Shown here: positions 1 through 64,000 of the stretch, one piece after another
Layout of the letters: every line of letters begins with the position of its first letter
Numbering within the stretch: the first letter of the stretch is position 1
Assembly (NCBI RefSeq): GCF_009914755.1
Contig: NC_060943.1
Length of the DNA stretch: 64,000 bases
Source: the human T2T-CHM13v2.0 reference genome, Homo sapiens
Direction: 5' to 3' (one strand)
Position numbers and translations under genes: made by a program
The notes under the pieces: model-generated
The model's input: only the letters and a program-made list of their open reading frames with translations
What the model was told of the DNA's origin: nothing
Databases searched by the model: none

Positions 1-199
1 GTGGGAGCGAGTTAGAACACGGGACGCCCCTGGCAGCAGCGCCCTGCGTGTTAAAGCGCCGCGGAGGAAGCTGTATTGTCGCGGTACGCAGGAAGGCAGG
101 GGCAGCACCTCCCTCTTCAAGAACGAGCATCTGAGCTTTTGGGGGAAACCTGTAGCTCCCCGAATGCCATCCACAGAGCCCCCCTCAGTCGGCCTCCCC

Positions 200-1130
<931 letters not shown>

Positions 1131-1149
1131 AGGGCCCTGGACAGGGCTC

Positions 1150-1155
1150 ATTAAA
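1150..1155 (+). terminator. C19orf33 poly(A) signal ATTAAA
   Basis: Variant hexamer 20 nt after the stop codon. Confidence 0.8.
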
Positions 1156-1295
1156 CCTTCCTCTCTGCCTTCTGCGACTGGTCAGCGTGGTGCCTACTCT
1201 GGCCCGTCCCCAGCTCCCTGCCCCCTGCCCAGCGCTGGGCCCGCCCATTCGTGCGCGAGGCCAAGGAGAGGCTGTCCACGCCATGCCCATCAGGG

Positions 1296-1301
1296 TTTAT
1301 T
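1296..1301 (-). terminator. YIF1B poly(A) signal AATAAA
   Basis: TTTATT on +, about 220 nt past the YIF1B stop. Confidence 0.75.
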
Positions 1302-1478
1302 GTTTCTGTAACAGCGGCCACGCCCTGGGGCGGTGGCCTGTGCAGCTGGAGATCTCTCAGCACCTTGGGTTGGGGGCGGGGCTGGGCGGGACATGGGATG
1401 GAGGCGGTGCCTGTGGCCAGACAGGGTGGACCTTGGGGCCTGCAGGCAGGAGATGAGTTCGGCGGCCACAGTGGCCCC

Positions 1479-1496
1479 CAGCAGCAGCAGCAGCAG
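1479..1496. repeat. (CAG)6/(CTG)6 trinucleotide repeat in the YIF1B 3'UTR
   Basis: Six uninterrupted units read directly. Confidence 0.9.
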
Positions 1497-1517
1497 CGGG
1501 AGGTTCAGCGGGCGCGC

Positions 1518-12091
<10,574 letters not shown>

Positions 12092-12404
12092 CCTTCGCCG
12101 CCGCCACCTAAGCCGCGGTTCGGAGCGTGCCCGCCCGGCTCCCGTACCCACGCCCCGCCGGCGAAGAGACAGCCAATGGACGTCAGGATTGAGGGAAGGC
12201 CTCGCCCCCACCCCCCCGACCCCTCCAGCCCCCCCCTTCACGGAGGCCTGGACGACTGGGCGGTGCCTTACGTAAGAGGCGGAGACTGGGCTACTGGGCT
12301 CATGCAGTAAAGCGAGTCAAGGCCTGAGTGGCAGGAGGGCGAGGCCGGGACCAATCCCAGGAGGAGGCGGTGTCTGCCACGACAGAAAATGAGTGTCTGC
12401 CCCT

Positions 12405-15425
<3,021 letters not shown>

Positions 15426-15899
15426 TCTTGTGTCAGTCTCCCAGTTAGACTGGGAGCCCCATGAATGCATGGCGCAGGATGGTCTCATCATTACTGAGTC
15501 TCCAGGATCATCCAGCGAGGGGTCAGCAGAAAGTGGGCATTGAACAAAGCTTTGGTGAGTAGCTGAGGATCCCCACTCTGTCCACACGGGCACAGGGGAC
15601 ACCTGACTCTGTGGTGTCCGCTGTTCCCACTCCGAGGCTCACAACTTGGCGAATGGAGCGAGAATTGGATTTCAGTTTGCCCCTTGCTCCGTCAGCCGCG
15701 CGCCCTGATGCAGTGCACAACCTTAGCTGCTGTGCGCGATGGGGGGCGACTCCTCGGCCTGCGAGCAGAGAGGAAAGTTCAGATTCTTCTAACATAGAGA
15801 ACCAGCCTTCCAGGAGGACGAGAAGGAAGGAATGAGGGGAAGAGAGGACTACCTCCACCCTTTCCATCCCGTTGGTCTGCTGGGTCTGGGAGCACTGGG

Positions 15900-23578
<7,679 letters not shown>

Positions 23579-24732
23579 CTGGGGCAGCCTCTGCCAGGCT
23601 TGGGTGTGCCTGGCCTGGGACTGAGGGGTCCAGGCGACCAGAGCTGGCTGTACAGGAATGTCCACGAGCACAGCAGGTGATCTTGAGGCCTTGCCGTCCA
23701 CCGTCTCTCCTTTGTTTCCCAGCATCTGGCTGGGATGTGAAGGGCAGCACTCCCTGTCCCCATGTCCCGGGCTCCACTGGGCACCAACATAACCTTGTTC
23801 TCTGTCCTTTCTCTCATCCTCTTTACACTGTGTCTCTCTGGCTCTCTGGCATTCTCGCTGCCTCTGTCTTTCCCTCTTGCTGTCTCTGTTTCTCATTCTC
23901 TTTCATGTTCCGTCTGTGTCTCTCAATTAACCACTCGTCAACTGCTGATTCTACTGGGCTGTGGGCTCAGACCTCATTTCAGGCACCAGATTGGTCGCTA
24001 CACCCTGGACAAGTGACTGCCCGTCTCTGAGCCTTGATTTCCTCAGCTGCCAAATGGGAAGAATAGAAGAATTTGCCCCTAAACCCCTCCTGTGTGCTGG
24101 CCCTGTGCTAGACAGTGCTGGAGACATAGTTGGGGGTGGAGAACTGCCCTTATGGAGCTTGCAGTCCAGTGAGGTGGACAGACCTGTCCCCAGACAGTGA
24201 TGGCCCAAAATGGTCAGGACTTTAATGGAGGAGGTGAGGTGTTGAAAGCACAGGCAGAGTGGTCAGGGCTGAAGTCGGAGAAGCATAGGGACTAGGCCCA
24301 ATCCAGCCTGGAAAGTCAGGGAGGACTTCCTAGAGGAAGGGACATCGAACTAAGACCTGAACTATGAGAAATAGGCAGGAAGAAGTTGTACCTGACTCAT
24401 TTTTCTCAGGTGTCTCCAGGGAGCAGGACCCATGGAGGGACCCCTGGTGTAGGCCTGGGCGATAGACTCTTCCTCAGCAGCCTGGCAGGCAGGAAACAGA
24501 CATAGGACCCCAGCCCAGATCTGAATGGCATGGGAGGTGCTGCCCTTAACCATGACACCATTGTAAGAGCTGTCCACATTTGTATGTTGTGCCCTGGAAT
24601 CAGCCTGGTTGAGCTCAAATCCCAACTTAGCCACGTCTGGCCTGTGTCCTTGGGCAGTCACACTACCTCTCTGATTTTGTTTCCTTATCTGTAAAATGGT
24701 GATCATCATAATACAACTTCAAAAGGATTTCA

Positions 24733-27882
<3,150 letters not shown>

Positions 27883-28222
27883 CTACACTCAGATCATGGA
27901 TGGATGTCTCAGGTCTTCCCAGGCACATTTGATGTTATGTACCAGCCATATGCATGTGTGTGTCATTTATTTTTCACTCTACACAAGTAGTACCTAATAT
28001 GGTGAGGTTGTTATGATTACAGACTCTGGAGGCAAAGTTCCTGGGTATAAATCTGAACTCTGTCACTCCCAAGCTAAGTGGCTTTGGGCAAGTGATTTCA
28101 CCTCCATGTGCCTCAGTTTGCTAGTCTGTACAATGGGATGGTAATAGCACCTACCTCATGGACTTGAGAAGTCAGCAACTTCATACCTCTAAAGCCCTTA
28201 GAGCTAGCAGTGTGTGGCACTC

Positions 28223-28228
28223 AATAAA
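28223..28228 (+). terminator. Probable KCNK6 distal poly(A) signal
   Basis: First AATAAA outside an Alu that I found downstream of the stop; implies a 3'UTR of about 4.7 kb. Confidence 0.5.
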
Positions 28229-28235
28229 ATGTTGA

Positions 28236-31740
<3,505 letters not shown>

Positions 31741-31849
31741 GTAGGAAGCACAAGTAGGGACCGTGCTTGCTGCCAGAACAACCAATAGAAACTCCTTGAA
31801 GGCCTTCCTGGCACAAACGTAGTCTCCAGCACCCTCTGCCGACCAGGCC

Positions 31850-32051
31850 CCGCGCCCTCAGTGCTGAGACAGCCTCCAGCCCTCGGTGCCTTAGGGGTTG
31901 CGCGTCACCTTGGAGACCGCGTGAGAGGAGGGCGTGCCTCTGCAAAGGCGGAAGTCGGCTGTGGAAGTGTGGGCGGCCATTTTGAGACCGGGCAAGAGGG
32001 GCGGGACTGGTGCGGCCGAGTGACAGTTGACCGGTTTTAACCAAGTGACTG
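31850..32051 (+). promoter_or_regulatory. CATSPERG: CATSPERG promoter and non-coding exon 1
   Basis: CpG-rich. ETS CGGAAGT at 31949, GGAAGTG at 31963, YY1-like GCGGCCATTTTG at 31973, GC box, and donor GACTG|gtacca at 32051. Confidence 0.65.
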
Positions 32052-32161
32052 GTACCACGGGGCCGGGGAAAAAGCTGTGCCATCCAGGGGCGGGGGGATG
32101 CCGGGGACGGGGAGGAACTAGGAAGGGGAGGGGAAGGGGAAGGCGAGAAGGGGAGAGGCAG

Positions 32162-32242
32162 GGGAAAGAGGGGAAGAGTCGTGGGAGCTGGGAGAGGAGG
32201 GAAAGAGGGGAAGAGTCGTGGGAGCTGGCAGAGGAGGGAAAG
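32162..32242 (+). repeat. 37-bp tandem duplication (about 2.2 copies)
   Basis: GGGAAAGAGGGGAAGAGTCGTGGGAGCTGG(G/C)AGAGGA twice. Confidence 0.85.
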
Positions 32243-32675
32243 GGGGAGCCGAACGTGAAGGGCGAAGGGCGGGGCGGGGCAGGAGAGTCGGGGTATAGAG
32301 CAGGCAGGTGTTAATGGCATGGGAAGGAAGAGTAAGAAGTGGGGCAAGAAGGTGTCGCGGTACGAGGGGAAGGTGAGACTCAAGAAGGTGCCGGCTAAGA
32401 AGCTGGTGCCGGCGTGGAAGGAGAAGGTGTGGGGCGAGGAAACAACGAAGGGCGAGGAAAGATCCCGAGGCGAAGAGACAGTTTTCATCGAGAAGGGGCA
32501 GGGCGAGGAGGAGGGGCGTTACCAGAGGGCGGGACGGGGCGACGGGCCCGCGCGGGAAGAACCAATCGCCGAGAACCCGGGGAAGGAACGGGTCCATAAA
32601 GACCAAGTGGAGGAGTAGGGGCGCGGTCAGGAGCGGAAGCAGAGTGAGGAGCAAGCCCCGGGCGAGAAACGGGGG

Positions 32676-33316
32676 CCCGGCCGGGAGCAAGAGCAGGGGC
32701 GGGGCCGGGAGCAAGAGCAGGGGCGGGGCCCGGAGACGGGCGAGACCAGGTACAGTACCCAGCCCCTGGGCAGACCCCGAGCGAGGAGAAAGCGGCGATA
32801 CCAAGAGAAGTGCGAGGGTGGGGCAAGAGGTTGGGGCACAGCCGGGTGGAAGTACACGGGTGCGATCGCAGGCAGAAGCAGTACGGGGGAACTTAAGAGG
32901 GGGACTGTCAAAGCGAGAAATAGAAACCAAGACCAGGTGAAGAGCAAGAGTGGAATACAGGGAGGGGGCGGAATAAGGAGCAAGGTGAGGATAAAGTTAA
33001 AGGAAGAGACGTGGAGGCGGCGGGGCGGAACGAGGCGGAGGAGCAGGGGTGTGGCCAGAAACATTAGTAGGGCTGGGGCCCGGAGCAATAGCAGAGGTGC
33101 GATACCCACGAGGGTCGGGGGCAGGGCCAGGAGCAAGAGCAGGGGCGGGACCAGGAGCAAGTGCAGAGGCGGAGCCAGGAACAAGAGCAGAGGCGGGGCT
33201 AAAAGTCCGTGCGGGGGCAGGGCCAGGAGCAAGAGCAGGGGCGGGACCAAGAGCAAGTGCAGGGGCGGGGCCAGGAGCAAGAGCCGGGGCGTGGCCAGGA
33301 GCAAGTGCTGTGAGAG
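32676..33316 (+). repeat. Degenerate 24-nt repeat GCCAGGAGCAAGAGCAGGGGCGGG (2 units near 32680-32730, 12 contiguous units 33029-33316)
   Basis: Units align by eye without indels. Confidence 0.85.
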
Positions 33317-33410
33317 GCGCAGAAGCGAGGTGGAATCTTAAAAGTGGGCTCCAGAGAGCTGTCCGGCGCGTGGGTGTTGACTCCTGCGTTCTCCAGGTTC
33401 TAGCCACGTT

Positions 33411-63948
<30,538 letters not shown>

Positions 63949-64000
63949 GTAATCCCCGTGGGGTCCCACGTGTAATCCACCTTGCTTCCCCTGGAGGCCT

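Noticed and set aside
33029-33316. Regularly spaced 24-nt units superficially like a CRISPR array
   Set aside because: Tandem units with no unique spacers, no cas genes, and human DNA.

Overview
Human genomic DNA, recognisable from the encoded proteins as the chr19q13.2 block C19orf33 (+) / YIF1B (-) / KCNK6 (+) / CATSPERG (+, runs off the right end). I rebuilt the spliced CDSs by hand from GT-AG junctions and reading-frame continuity: C19orf33/IMUP-1 106 aa (and the 85-aa IMUP-2 form), YIF1B 314 aa, KCNK6/TWIK-2 313 aa, and 24 coding exons of CATSPERG. Introns and intergenic DNA are very Alu-rich. They also hold a solo ERVK LTR nested in an Alu, a 5'-truncated SVA with an 18-bp TSD, a U13 snoRNA retrocopy and several simple or minisatellite repeats. 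Most entries in the ORF track are Alu or GC-rich artefacts. Two observations stand out and are not explained by these features. (1) A 33-bp non-repeat inverted repeat pairs the YIF1B exon 5 donor with the intron just upstream of exon 2; its single mismatch is a G-U pair only in the YIF1B transcript. (2) About 1 kb of CATSPERG intron 1 reads as a disrupted Arg/Lys/Ser/Gly-rich, protamine-like ORF built from 24-nt units. Repeat family names come from memory of consensus sequences, and repeat-cluster boundaries are approximate.
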